Below are positions 36,977 through 37,239 of a DNA stretch of 37,239 nt, piece by piece (positions within the stretch are counted from its first letter, which is position 1; the number at the start of each line of letters is the position of its first letter). The notes beneath the pieces are model-generated. The model had not been told where the DNA came from and did not search any database. It saw only the letters and a program-made list of their open reading frames with translations. Source of the stretch: a virus (taxonomy: Duplodnaviria; Caudoviricetes). Location of the stretch: the IMG/VR virus record IMGVR_UViG_3300029448_000142, positions 1 through 37,239 of that record; one strand, given 5' to 3'. The translations under genes and the position numbers were made by a program.

Positions 36977-37219
36977 CTACACCTCTTCATCATCAAAGGT
37001 GTCTGGGACTAGGTGTCTTGCAGCAGCAATATGATAGGCAGACATTGCTCTATCCAATGCACCATCAGCTGCAGCAAGCTTATCAACAATAACTTTACGG
37101 TTGTGTCTAGCCATTGTTACGTCTCGACCTAATCTTTGTAGGTCAGGTTCTGCCATGTCACTAAAGTAATGTGTCGTTAACAATGATGATTGTAAAGTAG
37201 GTTTTACCATCGTAGTCAT
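36977..37219 (-). CDS. hypothetical protein
   Basis: AAGGAG RBS; TAATG-coupled to ORF 110..343 across the circular junction. Confidence 0.65.
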   Translation of the reverse strand: MTTMVKPTLQSSLLTTHYFSDMAEPDLQRLGRDVTMARHNRKVIVDKLAAADGALDRAMSAYHIAAARHLVPDTFDDEEV

Positions 37220-37239
37220 TACAGTCTTCTCCTTGTGTT
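37110..37239. repeat. Terminal overlap, copy 2
   Basis: Matches 1..130 with one substitution. Confidence 0.95.

Overview
Apparently complete (~37.1 kb, circularly closed; 130-bp end overlap) temperate podophage genome. Every supported protein gene is on the minus strand. It has a tyrosine integrase beside a tRNA(CAT)-derived attP, and a T7-like transcription/replication module: single-subunit RNAP, SSB, endonuclease I, primase-helicase, family A DNA polymerase, gp5.7-like protein, exonuclease and a gp1.7-like kinase. The virion module is not T7-type: SU10/DUF5309-type capsid, portal, terminase, tail tube proteins, S74-chaperoned fibre and a 1878-aa multi-domain ejection protein, plus a lysis cluster. 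Main discovery: the major capsid gene, which the ORF track shows only as fragments, is split by two small ORF-less group I (IA2-like) self-splicing introns, and their precise removal restores a 293-aa capsid protein. Other notable signals are a Fur-box-like operator directly upstream of the RNAP gene, a recurring phage-promoter motif, an anti-Shine-Dalgarno hairpin after the capsid gene, a repeat-flanked excisable gene and a structured repeat-rich non-coding region. All family assignments come from motif recognition by eye, not database searches.
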